Shown here: positions 1 through 12,315 of the stretch, in pieces
Numbering within the stretch: the first letter of the stretch is position 1
Layout of the letters: each line of letters starts with the position of its first letter
DNA from: Protoeuglena noctilucae
Lineage: Eukaryota
Direction: 5' to 3'
NCBI GenBank assembly: GCA_958009085.1
Contig: OY253679.1
Location: forward strand, 744,001 to 808,000
DNA: 64,000 bases
Notes under the pieces: model-generated
What the model saw: only the letters and a program-made list of their open reading frames with translations
Database searches by the model: none
Told to the model about the DNA's origin: nothing
Program-made: the position numbers and the translations under genes

Positions 1-1406
1 GCACCCGCCAGGTCCCGCGCCAGCTTCCCGCCCGCCCCGCTCCCCGTGCGGCTCACCCCGGGGGCCAGAAACGCCCCGGGCCCCGCCAGAAACCCTCCCG
101 CGGGGCTCGAGGCCTCCTCCACGTCGATGTCGTCATCGTCGGCTGCCGGGGTCTCGGCGAAGATGGTCGGCTTCTGGGGGAGGGGTGGGGGGTGGGTGGG
201 TGCGGTGGTGCGTAGGTGGGGTGGTGAGCGCGTGGGGTGCAACCGTAGCCTTGCGGGCAGCAGTCGCCATGTCGGCTGCAACTAGTAGACAGCCCATGTC
301 ACTCTCATTGTTCGCTAGTCACCTTGGGTGCCTCGGCGGCCATGGGCGGGGCCAGCTTGGGTGGAGCGGCCTTGGCCGCTCGGGGCGGCGCCTTGCGGGC
401 GCTCTGGGGGCGCTGCGTCGGAGCCGGGAGCGACGGCTCGGCCGGCTCGGGGCTCGCAGCGGCGGGGCCGGCGGGCATGGCCTGCCGCGATGGGCCTCGG
501 CTGGGAGGTGGGGGCGCGTCGGTCGACGGAGAGGGTGACGGTCCCCGTGGCTGCGGCTCGCGCTCGGGCTCCTTCCGCTGCGGCGCGGCGGGGGCCGGGG
601 CCGGCGCAGGGGCCGGCGCGGGCGCGGGCGCGGGTGCGGGTGCAGGTGCGGGGGCTGGAGGGTCGGAATCGTCCTCAGCAGCGGCGGGGGGCGGTGTCAG
701 GCCGCGGTCGGACTTCGCCGCTTGCGGCTGCGCGGCGGGCGCGGCGGGCGCGGCGGACCCGCCCAGGACCTGCTGCACGGCCTCCGCGGCGTCGCCCTGC
801 AGGGCGCAGCGGCCGAGCATTTGCAGGAAGACGTTGGTCTTTTCGGGCTCCAGGCCGGCCACGATTTTCAGCGGATCGGCGGGCACGGGCTCCTTGGCCG
901 CGACGGACACGACCTGCGATGGAGCATACCGGTCGTGTGTTGGATCGGAACGGCCGGAGGCGCGCGCGGGGCGCGGTTGAAAGGCGCATGTCCGCGACTC
1001 ACCTGTATGATCTTGCGGAGGAAGGAGACCTTCCCGTCCTTGTCCTGGATGCTGTCGCGGTCCAACTCGGCGTCCGTGTAAAGGCCGGGAGCAAAGCCTG
1101 TCTTGCGTTGCACCTCCGTGACGACATCGTGCAGGAACTTGAACGGGGGCTTCTGCGCGTCACAGCCAGGGGCGCTCGCGGTCCCGAAACGCACGCGAAC
1201 AGCGACCGTTACATAATGAAAACGACACACCCACACGCAGGGCGGGCCTCTCCGCGAGAGGGCTGCGGGAGGGACTCTCGTGCCCACACTGACCAACCGG
1301 CCCCCCGGCTCCGCACCTGCAGCAGCTTCTCCTTCAGCTGTGGCTTCTTGATGATGGGATTGTCACCCTGCAGGATCTGCTGCGTCGGGACCCAGAAATC
1401 CGCCAT
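1..1406 (-). CDS. IFT54: Intraflagellar transport protein IFT54 / TRAF3IP1 (MIP-T3); multi-exon, 3' end runs off window start
   Basis: Exons 1406-1317, 1152-1003, 913-323 and ~173-57 (GT-AG) give [87 protein letters not shown]. This matches the MIP-T3 calponin-homology N-terminus and is followed by a Pro/Ala-rich linker. Confidence 0.92.
586..660 (-). repeat. Coding hexamer repeat encoding a (PA)n linker in IFT54
   Basis: Degenerate GCGGGN/GCCGGN hexamers on the + strand translate to [10 protein letters not shown] on the - strand. Confidence 0.85.
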
Positions 1407-2183
1407 CTCGCTGCCCGCGAACTCGGCAGGGCCGTGCCCAAATGAATCTGGTCCCGCGCCAAGGAGGGTCGGCGAACTCTGTGGACCTTGACCGCCGAGT
1501 TAGTTGCTAGGTGACACAGAGGCGAGAGGCGGGGCTAGATGCAGCACCTCTTGTGCATGCAAGCAAGGACTCTTCCCTCTCTCGGCTTCAGGCAGGTATA
1601 TGGAGGCCGGCACCATGCAGACGAATGCCAGGTAGCAGATTGGGCAGGGAGATGGCAGAAGCCGACGACGACTGGAGCTTCTGCACGCGATCTGACATTT
1701 TGGCACCCGACATATCGCGCAGCCAGCACTTTAACGCGGATCCCTGGCGCTGGCCAACTCAGCAATAGTCGCACCGCGCCCGTGGGGATCCCCGCGGTGG
1801 CATTAGCTTCAAACCAGCCGAGATCAGGGTATGGCTCCTGCAGATACCGCAAGGCACGTGTCCCTCGTTCTGCTCGCGCATGTAGCATTGGATGTTCCGC
1901 GGAACACTGTGGGGCGGGCTTCTGGGCGTGATCACATCGGCTATCCAGGGAGTCGTGAAGGACGCGGCGGAGCGCGCAGGCGAGATGCGCGAGAGATGGG
2001 TTTTCTTTGATGGCGCGATTATATCTACAGATAGCTAAGTCTCACGTGCTCATCATCGCAGGGCGTCGGGTGGTTCGAGACGCCGCGAAAGGGGGCGCAC
2101 GCGGGGCAGCCAAGCCGGAGCGGCCGCCCCAGCCATCGAAGGGCGCCGCTCAGGGCGCGGGAGAAGAGCGATCGAGCGGCTTC

Positions 2184-4005
2184 ATGTCAAGGCCTCTCTG
2201 GCTCGGCGTCGGCTTCGGTGCTGTCGCTGGGTGAGTGGGGACACGGGGCTGCTGCACGAAATGCGCCTGCTGCGCGACCGCGATCCCGCCTCGACCCCCG
2301 CACCCCCGCCGCGCCGCAGTGCGGGCGTGACGTACGTGGTTGTGAGCCAGCGGCGCAAGGAGGCCCCGGCCCGCGTTCCCCGGGTGGTCCAGCACCCTGC
2401 GGCCAAGTACGGTCTCCCGACCTCGGACAACGTGCTGGTCCGCGACGGATACATCGTCGCCTACGACACGCGCAATCGGAATCCTCTCTGGGTGCTCGAA
2501 CACCTCACGCGCGACTCCGTCAACGGCGAGGGGAACCGGGAGAACTCAGGTGGGGACGCGCGCATGGGGCCCCTGATTGTGTCGTATATTGACTTGATAT
2601 GGACCGGACATCATTGCATGCTTTTCATCGCAGAGTTCCGGGAGGATCCGGACATAGACGAGCGGTTCCGGGCTGCCAATGAGGACTTTGCGCTTTCGGG
2701 CTACGACCGTGGTCACTTGGCTCCAGCCATGAACCACAAGGGGAGCCAAGCTGCCATGAACGCCACCTTCCTCCTCACCAACATCTCCCCGCAGGTCGGC
2801 AACGGGTTCAACAGGCGAGGGGCCGCCTGGCTTACCCCGGCCCACCCTTTGTGTATGGGCGTTGTCATGCGACCACACATGACACCATGACCTGGCCCAT
2901 CTCCCTCTGCTCGCAGGCACTACTGGGCGCGGTTCGAGAAGTTCGTCAAGGACCTCACGAAGCGCTACAACGGGGTGTACGTCTTCACCGGGCCCCTGTA
3001 CCTCCCCTCGCGTGGTGCAGATGGCAAGTACGAAATGCGATTTCCCGTGCTAGGCACCCCGCCCAAGATGGTGTCGGTGCCCACGCACTTCTTCAAGGTC
3101 GTCCTGGCCGAGGTGAGGCAGGGGCGGGTGCGAATCCGGTGCCCCGGGTCAGGTCGTTGTGGTGTGGTGTGCACACCTCCTTCAGAGATGTACCACCATT
3201 GGGTGCCTCAGTGCATCCTCGCATGTACATTTCATATGTAGCATAGTTATATTTGCCATCAACAGACATGCGGTAGTTTCTGTCCATTCGACGCAGAGGG
3301 AGTCGTCCGACGGGGCCGGCGAGGGGACCCGCAAGCGCCCCAGGTACGCCCTGGCGTCCTTCGTGCTGCCCAACGCCAGGATCGACCCCGGGGCGCCCCT
3401 CGCGGCCTTCGCGGTTCCCTTAGAAAGCCTGGAGACCACGGCGGGGTTCTCCTTCTTCCCGGAGCTCCTCACAAGGGCCGACCGGGAGGCGGTGGACGAG
3501 GCCGCGCTGTCGTGGCAGAGAGGTGAGGGAGATAGTAGATGGTGGATACAGGGGCTGCCACCAGCTCACCCTCTCTCGTACCACCACCATTGCACCCTCT
3601 CTCGTACCACCACCATTGCACCCTCCCTCGTACCACCACCAGCTCACCCTCCCTCGTACCACAAGGCCTCTCTACCCCGCCCACGCAGCCGGCAAGGACT
3701 TTGCGCGGAGGGTGCGGGGCGCGGAGGAGCCCGCGTCGCTGCCCGTGGACGGCACCGAGAAAGGCCGCACCGAGAAAGGCCGGGGCGCAGGGACCCCCTC
3801 CACGTCGTCGCCCACCAGCGGCGGGGCGGTGGCGGCACCAGGCCCAGAGTTCTACAAACCCAAGCATTCCCGGCGGGGTGGGTCGGCCGTGCACCTGTGC
3901 GACGACGCGCGATGCGAGCTGCCCCCGCAGGACTTCTGGAAACGCAACGGGGCTGGGCAGGGGGACCCTGCGCTCGCGGCCGCAAGGGCACACGGCCGTC
4001 GATGA
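2184..4005 (+). CDS. ENDOG: Endonuclease G / Nuc1-type non-specific DNA/RNA endonuclease (probably mitochondrial), multi-exon
   Basis: Motifs YIVAYDTRNRNPLWVLEHL, SGYDRGHLAPA (DRGH active site), TFLLTNISPQVGNGFNR-HYWARFE, VFTGPLYLP and VSVPTHFFKVVL. One intron (2815-2916) is GC-AG. Confidence 0.93.
3557..3662. repeat. Intronic minisatellite, about 4 x 26 bp
   Basis: Unit CACCCTC(T/C)CTCGTACCACCACCA(TTG/GCT) starts at 3567, 3593, 3619 and 3645, inside the EndoG intron 3523-3688. Confidence 0.9.
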
Positions 4006-4165
4006 CATGAGACGGCAGTGGGCTTGGCACAGTGCATGGCTGTCACGTGTCGCATTGGCATAACCCCTCTCATTCAAACGTTGTCTTACAACCTTACATC
4101 AAGGCCCGCGTTTATAACTAAGCGTGGAGAGACTAGGAGACACTAACTGGAGCGACCCCAGCGTC

Positions 4166-5856
4166 TCAGCCTGAGTGGGCATCCCCTGGGGCGAGTGAGC
4201 TGGGCAGCTGCAGTGCCCCAGGCCCCTCCCCCAGCCCCACGGCGCCCCTTGCAGGATTCGAAACCCCAACCCCACCCCCGCCACCGCCCCCACCACCCGC
4301 ACCCAGTTGCCCGTCAACCCAAGCGCCCGACCAGTCCAGCACCCCAGGACACGTGTTATCCAGACCCTCGCGCATCTCGACCTGCCACACGGCTGCCTTG
4401 TACTTGGCGCTGGGGTAGAAGGCCTGCGAGACGATGGCCTCTTCTGTGCCTTGTACAGCACCCTCTGCCCTTCTCAGAGCCACGGGAGCCCAGGCGCGGT
4501 CTGCCAGGGCGGTCGGCCCCGGTCGGACTGATGCGACAGGGTAGGTCCTCTGCGAAACGCTGCCGTCCGCGTGGCGCTCCTCGGCGCAGACGGTCCCGCC
4601 GGCCACCGCTGCAACGCGGCCGCGGTGCCAGGTGTGGTTGCTGCGGATGCGGAGAGGGACGGGACGATGCTTGCGGTCAAAGCGGCTCACGAGGTGGGTT
4701 CATGCACAAGGAGGGGTCACACGCAAGAGCACTCATGAGGAGACCTCTGTTCTCCTTGTGCATGACCAAGGAGAACAGAGAGCGTGACGGTGCCGCCCAT
4801 CTGCCCCACACTGCGCCCGCCTCACCGTGCAATGTAGGCGATCTCGTCGGTGCAGGGGCACGTCTTGGCCTCGGGATCCTGCCGGGATTCGATATCCTGA
4901 CCCACGTAAAAGAATCGGTCACCCCCTGCGCGTCACGGCGCGGGTCATAAGGTCGTGGGCCTGGCACCAACGCAGTCTCATCACACGTGTCGCACGCTGC
5001 TCACGCGCACCTGCGCCCTCCGCTGACGTCGCGTCCCCCTCCGTGTGCGGCGGTTCAAATGTGACCCCGGTGACGTGCGCGGGCAGACGGCCCCCGTGGA
5101 TCCACAGAGCTTTGCCGCCTCCGAGCGGCCTGCAATCCACCAGACCCAAGCTGCGCTCGCGACCTCGACCCAAATTCGCCATCGGCCCCGACGGCTTTCA
5201 TGCCATTTGTGTAGTACAGGAACACACGGTGTGAGGAAGGCGTCCAGTCACCTCAGGCAAAGGGAGATGGACTTGAAATCGCGAGCGAGGAAGGACGCAT
5301 GCTCAATGCAGTCCACCACCTCGTGCTCCTGCGCGAGAATGCCGTCCGCGTACTTCACGATGCATCGCGAACCGATCCGCAGGTATGCGCGTCCCTGCGG
5401 TGCGGCAGGGGCGGCGCGGAGTCGTCGAGAGGGCCTGCACGACTTCGGCAGACTCCGGAAGCGCAAATCCTGACATTCCGCACTGCGCAGGACCCACCAG
5501 GAACAGCTCGTTCGTAGTAGATGCAACAGCGTCTCCTGCCGTGTCTGCGAGGTTGAGCTGCGCGCTGGTGGGGAAGCGCGTGCAGCCCTCCGGCACCACG
5601 AGGGCGATGCCGCGGCTCTGGGCATCCTCCGCCGTGAGCTTCAGCACAGATGGCTGCGCATACGAAGGAGGTGCTTGATGGCAACCGACGCGCGTCGGGA
5701 TGACCCCAAGCGGATCCGGGCAGTGCAATGCAAATTGCGAACACAAACGTGGGCGTCCTTCTCGACGCCTACCTTGACTTGGACAGTCTGGATGGCTTCC
5801 ACAAACCGAGTCACATCGAGAGCCCCATACGAGCCCACCAAGCCTCGATTTGCCAT
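4166..5856 (-). CDS. Hypothetical multi-exon protein, family not recognised; exon structure uncertain
   Basis: A series of protein-like - strand segments (MANRGLVGSYGALDVTRFVEAIQ.., GRAYLRIGSRCIVKYADGILAQEHEVVDCIEHASFL.., AFYPSAKYKAAVWQVEMREGLD..) with plausible GT/AG boundaries. Two TGTAA signals on the - strand lie just downstream (4086-4090, 4094-4098). Confidence 0.45.
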
Positions 5857-6018
5857 CGCGCTCAGAGCCGGGGGACTAAGGAGGGCAAGTGTGCAGGTCC
5901 ATTCGACGAAGTCCTCGCGCGCTGATGTCGCGCGGCAGTGACGCGGTAGAGGTGGTAGTCGGCTTCAATAGCCTGCCGTCGTCTAGACAACTGGCGACTC
6001 CGCTCTTGCGGCCGCGCG

Positions 6019-7877
6019 TCAGAACTTGGAGCGCATGTTCGCGCGCTTGGCCTTCCCCGGCCGCCCCTTCGGCTTGCCGCCGCCCTTGGCCCCGCCCTTG
6101 CTCCCACCCTTGGCGCCGCCCTTCTTGACGCCGGCGTTCGCGGGGCGGAAGCTCCCCATGTCGGCCGCAGACGTGGCGTCGTTCCGCTTCCGCCCCGATT
6201 GCTGCGCGAGGAACGACCCAGCGCGTATGTCGGTATGCATGACTCTACAACGAGCCATCGCTGAGGTCATCGACAACCCTGGCGCCCGCACAAAGCAGCA
6301 CTTTCACCACACACCTTGCCGCCCCGCCCAAACTTGGTGTCCTTGGCCACCCGCTTCTTGCTCTTCGGCCCCTGGAATGCCCTTCTGCGTCAGGGCCACA
6401 GACAAAGCTCGCTTGTGTCGTCTACGTCGCTCTCTTCATGCCGCCCTCAACTATATCGGTGCCGAGAGATGCCGCCCGCATCCTCACCTGTTCCCCGCGC
6501 GCGCGGGCGTAATCCGCTTCTCCAAAGCTCGCAGCGTGTCCTCGTCAAACTCTTCCCCGGGTTCGAAACCCCGCGCCTCCCTGCAAAAGGGACACCCACA
6601 AGGTTTAGATCCGAGGTTGCAGGAAACCCAGTGGTCCTCTCTCCGCAGCGTGTGCCGGCGTGTCGCACTCATCGCGAACAAAGCAAGCAAAAGCAGCTGT
6701 TTTCCACTAGTTGCACTGTCACAAAGCACTTCCGCCATGAAAACACCCCAGTCTCGCACTCACCGGTCCTTGCGCCACCTCTGGATGAGCTCCACGTCCT
6801 TCTTCCTCTGCTGCGCGCGATCCTTCTGCTTCTGCAACGATCGGAAACATGACAGGTGTTGTTGGAACGCACATGATGGCAGCGAGGGGGCTCGCCAAGA
6901 CCACGTCGGTCCTGTCGCTCTTTCAGCCAGCCAAGCGACTTACCTCCACCTGCACTTGCTTGGCGAACTTCTTCTGCATCCTCGCCTTGCGCCTCTCCTC
7001 CATTTCTGCGCGAAGAGGAGCGAGGTGCCTCTCTTCCCAGCATCGTGCGCCAAAGCACATCCACACGCCAGCCCATCCGCACGCCAACAGCCCGCACCCT
7101 GGATGGACTTCTGTTCCAACATAAGCTGCTCCTTCACGCGCGCCATATGCTCGTCGCTCTTGACCATCTCCGCGTAATAGTCGCGGGGGCGGAGCCACGG
7201 CACGTTCCGCGCCTCCAGCTCCCCCACCGCGGCCTTGGCCGCCTCCAGCGCCTGGTTGTAAAACGCAAGCTCCCGCTCCACGTCGTCGTCCACGTTCCCG
7301 ACCTTCACGGGCTCCGCGGACGTTACCACCTGCGTGACCGCGCAACGCACGGCATGCCTCAGCGCCGACCCCGCTGGCCGACCCCGACCCCGCTGAGACA
7401 AGTGCGACCCAAAGGCTGCCATCATAACACGTCATTACTTGCCCCGCGCGCGCACCTGATGCTCCAGGAAGTCCGTGTTGTCGAGCCAGGCGATGTCCTC
7501 CAGCTTGTCGTGCATCGCGTCCACGTTGTATATGGCCGGACGGTCCACGCCATACTTCTTTCGAGGTCCCGCGTCCTCCCCGTCCTCATCTCCTTCCCCC
7601 CGGGACGCCGCCAGGGCAGCGAGCTCCTCGTCGTCCTCCTGCGAGCCGTTCGCGCGGGCCAGGGCAGGCTCGGGCGACGGCCGCCGGCGCGGGAAACGCC
7701 GAGACATGCAACCGGCACGTAAGCGCATTCATAGCGCCGCGCCATCCACAGGGAGCGCGCGCCGGAAGCGAGCCACCGCCACTAGGGCCGCGTGCCTGCG
7801 CGCGCGAGGGCGCCGCCTCTCACCTCGCCGGACGATGACGAGTAGTCCTCCTCATCCGAGCTCCGCAGGTACGACAT
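6019..7877 (-). CDS. EBP2: rRNA-processing protein EBP2 (EBNA1-binding protein 2), multi-exon
   Basis: Motifs DDDVERELAFYNQALEAAK, PWLRPRDYYAEMVKSDEHMARVKEQL and EERRKARMQKKFAKQVQVE, a basic C-terminus RPGKAKRANMRSKF*, and an acidic N-terminal exon MSYLRSSDEEDYSSSSGE. Confidence 0.93.
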
Positions 7878-8393
7878 CGCGAAGCGGGAGGCCGCGCGGT
7901 GGGGGCACTGTTGCCGGCCGCCACCGGGACCCTAGTGAGACCAGCCAGAAGAGCGCCTGATGCTCCGTTGCCGAGGCCGTGTGGCAGACAACAAAGAAAC
8001 AACTGACTCAGAGATGAACGAGCGGGCAATGGCGGCGTGAAATAGACAGCCTCTCGATGCGAAGGGGATGTGAAGGAGGTAGTGAGAAGGTTGAGAAAAG
8101 CCGGCAGCAAGACTGGGTGGCATGGCAGGCAGGACACGAGCATCGCGTGATTTCAACGGGTGTAGGCGGCACCAAGTCTCTGGCTTCGCACGCGGGGCTT
8201 GACCTAATCCGCGCATAGGCTCGCTGCGGTGCTTCTGCCTGGCCTAAAATGCCCATTTCTTGAAGCTGCAACCTGCACTCGCCCTGATCGCGGTCAAATC
8301 AGCCCAAAGGAGCGGGGAGTTGCAGTTGCTCGATGGCGCCAGCAGCCACGGCGCGCGGGGGAATTCAAAGGGCAGCGTGACATCTCACCTGTC

Positions 8394-9870
8394 ATGAGTG
8401 TGCCCGAGTCCACCACCTCCGCATGGGCGGACGCGCTGAGGGTCGCGGCCCAGGCGCTCGCACTGCTGTGGACCTTTTGGTGGTCCGTTGCCAAGTGAGG
8501 GTCGCGCAACAGCGGCATGGGTGGTCGCGATGTGATTATATCGGAGCATGTGAACCAGTGGTGTAGGTATCAGCTCCACCACACCGTCGGCGAGGCCTGT
8601 CCCCTCGAGTCCTTGCAGGGTCGTCGCGTGCCTGCCCTTCCTGCTGCTGCGCAACGCTGCCATCTCCCTTCTCGGGGCCCCCAAGGCGGACGGGTCGGTG
8701 CGCTATTACGAGGGCGAGGTGATGCACGCGAGGAGGAAGCCGGCTGAGAATAAGTTTCGGTATGCGGTGCGCATGGCGGTCCTGGACCTGGACGACCCAC
8801 CCAGCTGGTACGACGGCGCCCGGGAGGACCACCTGACAGCGGACGAGGCCCGCAAGTTCGCCGGGACAGATGGACGCGTGGAGCTCCTGACGCACCCGAG
8901 GTCGCTCGGCTACCTTCAGAACCCCATCTCCGTGTACTACTGGTGAGACAAGATAGCAGCCGGGCGTGCTCCGATGCGTCGTGTCACCGTGTCCAGTCAC
9001 TTGCGCGCACAGCCAGTGACACTGACCGTGGGAAGCCATGCCGGTTGTGCGCCTGCCGTGGGACAGGCCAGACGGTGCCGCACTGCCCAGGGAGGCTCAC
9101 CCTTCTCGCCGCAGTTACAAGGCAGCTGCGAAAGGAGAGACGCCAGCCATGGAGCGGGCCGTCGTGGAGGTCACCAACACGCCCTGGGGCGAGCGCGTGA
9201 CTTTCTTGGTGAAGCCGGACGGAGAGACGGTGCCCATGGCGCTGCACGTGTCGCCGCTCATGGACATGAGGAGCACGTGGATGGTCAACGCCCCGGCCCC
9301 GACCGACGCCATCCTCCTCACCGTCCGGTGCGTCGGGGGGCGGGGGTCACCGCGCACCGCCCCGCCGTTCGTTCACTTCAACGACTCGCACGCGCGCCGA
9401 CCGCACCGCCAGCTCCGGTCCGCAGGAACACGCATCCGGACATGGGCCGGTTCTTCGAGGCGGCTTTTACGGGGCGCTTGGCCAAGGGCAACGCCCACTG
9501 CAGCAACGAGGCGGCCGGCCTAGGCGTCCTATGGAAGTATGGGTTTCAGCCTCAGAGGGTGGCCGCATGGATCTATATGCAAGCGCTCGTACTTTTGTGG
9601 AAGGGCGTCCCGTTCTTCTCCCCACCAGACCCCAGGTGTGATGCGCACACGACGCGCGACACGCGACAGCGCCCCGGGGGCACCCGTTCGCCCGCGCCTG
9701 CGCCTCAGTGCGGCCCGCGGCAATCCATGCCGCACGGGAAGCGCGCCGCGTGCGACCCTGGCTGCAGCTACCAGGCACGGGTCGAGGGCGCCGCGACCAC
9801 AGCACCCAACCGGGCGACGGGGACGCACTTTGTGTGGCGGGACGCGCCGGGGTGGCCGTGGAGGGCGTGA
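8394..9870 (+). CDS. DUF1365 family protein, multi-exon
   Basis: Motifs YEGEVMHARRKPAENKFRY, LLTHPRSLGYLQNPISVYYC, VVEVTNTPWGER, LHVSPLMDM and IYMQALVLLWKGVPF. Confidence 0.88.
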
Positions 9871-9890
9871 TGGCACCGTTGATCGTCTCT

Positions 9891-10695
9891 TCAGCCAACC
9901 AGCTCGGCGGGCGCGGGCACGGGGGTGTAGCTGAAGAAGTCCGCGAGCTGCTTGGGCACGAGGCCAATTTGGTCGAGCTTCCAGGTCACCACCGCGAGCT
10001 TGGCGAGTTGCACTGCCGCAAATACGGCCATCGGCTGCGCCCAGTCGACGCCCTCGAGACTGCGAAGAGCGCTGCGGTTTCGCGTGTTGCGTGTCTGCGA
10101 TCCCCGAGCACCCGCGCCTTCCTGCCGCCCCAGCCTCGCCTGTAGACGTCGTAGAAACGCTTCTTGATTGTCCATAGACCTAGCAAGGGCGCCTGGAGGT
10201 TGTAGTACACGGCCATCAGGGTGAAAATGCTGAGGGCGTTGCCGACGAAATACATCTGGATGACCACGCCTGCGGCAGCAGAGCGACGCGCGATCTCCAT
10301 GGCTACGCGGAAACGACAGCGCGGAAGCGAGCGCGGGCCTGCCGGGCGCGCGGCTCGCCGAAGATGGACTTGAGGTCTCCCCACGCCTCGTTCCACACCC
10401 GCTGCTGCAGCGCCGTCCTCCTCCGGGCGTTCTCCGCGGTCTTGTCCTGCGCGGCCTTGTCCTGCGCGACGGGGCGGCGGAGAGGCCTCAGGATGGAGGC
10501 GGGGCAAGCTCTTTGATTGCAGAGGGGCGCAACGAGGCCGCAAGCCGTCGTCCCCACCTTGGCCGGCGCGCTTGTCGATGCCAGCCCCTCCCTCACGACC
10601 CTCTCATCGAACCCCGGCGGGTCCTTGATGGCGGGCCGGTCCAGGCCCTTTGCGTCCATGTTGACGCATAGCTGCGAAAACTTCGAAGGGGCCAT
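9891..10695 (-). CDS. EMC4: ER membrane protein complex subunit 4 (EMC4 / DUF1077), 4 exons
   Basis: Motifs DPPGF, WNEAWGDLKSIF-GVVIQMYFVGNALSIF and WKLDQIGLVPKQLADF. Two introns are GC-AG (10270-10358, 10060-10139). Confidence 0.82.
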
Positions 10696-10947
10696 CGCGG
10701 TTGCTAGGCCAACACAGCGCACGGCGCACCGATCGTCGACGTGGAAACATGATCGAGGCAGTCCTGGGCAGGGCTTCAAAATCTGCTCGCTGCGCCACTG
10801 GCGCTGCAGCACAGCGTCAGCCTTGAAACGTAGGCTAATTATTGTTTGGGCTACATTTGACTAGAACATGCGGCTATGATGCAGGACAACTCCAGGCGCC
10901 AAAGCATCCAGCGCGTGGGGGATCAGGCTCGCCCAGCTACCTCCCGA

Positions 10948-11872
10948 CTACAGGAAGGGGACCGGCACGCCCCACCGCGACACCTTGTAACTGTACGCCA
11001 CGTAGGCGCCCCCAAACCATCCCTTCAGGCTCCGCTCCTCCTTCGGGATCACTGCGGGCCAGCAGAGCAGAGCAGGGCTTACCGTGATCCGTGGGGACCC
11101 CTCCTGCACGTGCAAGTCCCCCCGGCCTGGTGCCTCACCGTACGCTCGCAAGTAGATGTAATAGACCAGCCAGGCCCAGAAGTGGAAGACGGAGTTCAGC
11201 GCGATGGCCAAGCCGAACGAGGCGAGACCAGCCGCCACGTAGATGGGGTGCCTGCGAGGTGGGACCAAAGGCAGACGTGCCCCTCGTGGCCTGCCCTCGT
11301 CAGCCCCGCACCGCTCGCCAGCCGAGCAGGCCTCGCTCACCGGGCGTAGGCAAATGCCCCTTCCGTCAGCAGACGCGTGACCTTCGTGCCGTGCTTGGGA
11401 CCCATGTCCGCCGCCCTCATCTGCGCCAGCACAGTTTCCCGGAGCTGCGAGCGTCGAGAGGCCGACTGCCATGTGACGGACTGTGCCAGCTTGCCCATCT
11501 GTCCGGCCGTGGTTGACAAGCAAAGAGCCTTCTCACCTGTAGTCCACCGAAGACGAGGAGGGCACCCACGGCGACGCGGGCAGCACGCCCCAGCCAGGTC
11601 CCATTCACAGCTTCCCAGGCCTGCAGAGCGCGCCCCACCACGGCACCCACGGCGGCCAGCGGCGACAGCGCCGCCGCGAGCCACCCGGTGGGCCCCAGGG
11701 CAGAGGACGGCAGCCAGGACCCCAGCTCCCGTCCCACCGCCGAGGTCGCTGCCGTGGCCCACGCCGAGCCGCGGCCAGGGGGCGGCAGGAGCGCCCGGCT
11801 CCACGGCGCCGCGTCGAAGCGCTCCAGGAGCACCCACAGGGCTGCGGCCGGATAAAGGGAGTGCTCAAACAT
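10948..11872 (-). CDS. ICMT/PEMT (Ste14-like) integral membrane methyltransferase family protein
   Basis: The spliced C-terminus reads LLTEGAFAYAR-HPIY..EERSLKGWFGGAYVAYSYKVSRW, matching the family RHPxY and EE..L...FG..Y..Y...V.RW motifs. Hydrophobic N-terminus; start codon uncertain. Confidence 0.8.
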
Positions 11873-12315
11873 GCTGGGATGCGCGTTAAGTGCATGGCAC
11901 GGGGCATGCCACCGATCGGTGGCTACCGCTCAGCTCACCGTACGCCACGGTCGCTGCCACCTGAAGCTGGGTGAGGAGCGTTCGTGGGGATAACACGACA
12001 GGCACCACCAGTTCGGCGCCTGCCTTGCCCGGCATGGTCACGTGCGCCCTGGGCGTGTGAGGCCGGAGTCCGGCGCCTGGAGCTGCCGTGCGTGCGGACG
12101 CGGCCAGAGTCTGCGGAGGTGACGCGGCACGGGGCTCCTCAACGCTGCCTCGATGAGAAACCGCGATCTGACAAGGCCAGAACGGTGTTTCAACCTTGCC
12201 GCGCCCGCGATCGGGGCGATGGGCGCCCCAGGAAGGCCGAGAGCTGCCAACTGTCGCAAGCGGTCCCTAGCCGCTGCCATCCCGAGGCCCGGGTCCCAGC
12301 AGGAGCGGCAGCGCC

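Noticed and set aside
1500..1960. Small ORFs or ncRNA between IFT54 and EndoG
   Set aside because: No recognisable protein motif, snRNA/snoRNA box arrangement or tRNA fold. Treated as promoter/UTR, although a small gene cannot be excluded.
3557..3662. CRISPR-like array next to a nuclease gene
   Set aside because: The units are head-to-tail with no unique spacers, lie inside a spliceosomal intron, and have no cas genes nearby. It is a minisatellite.
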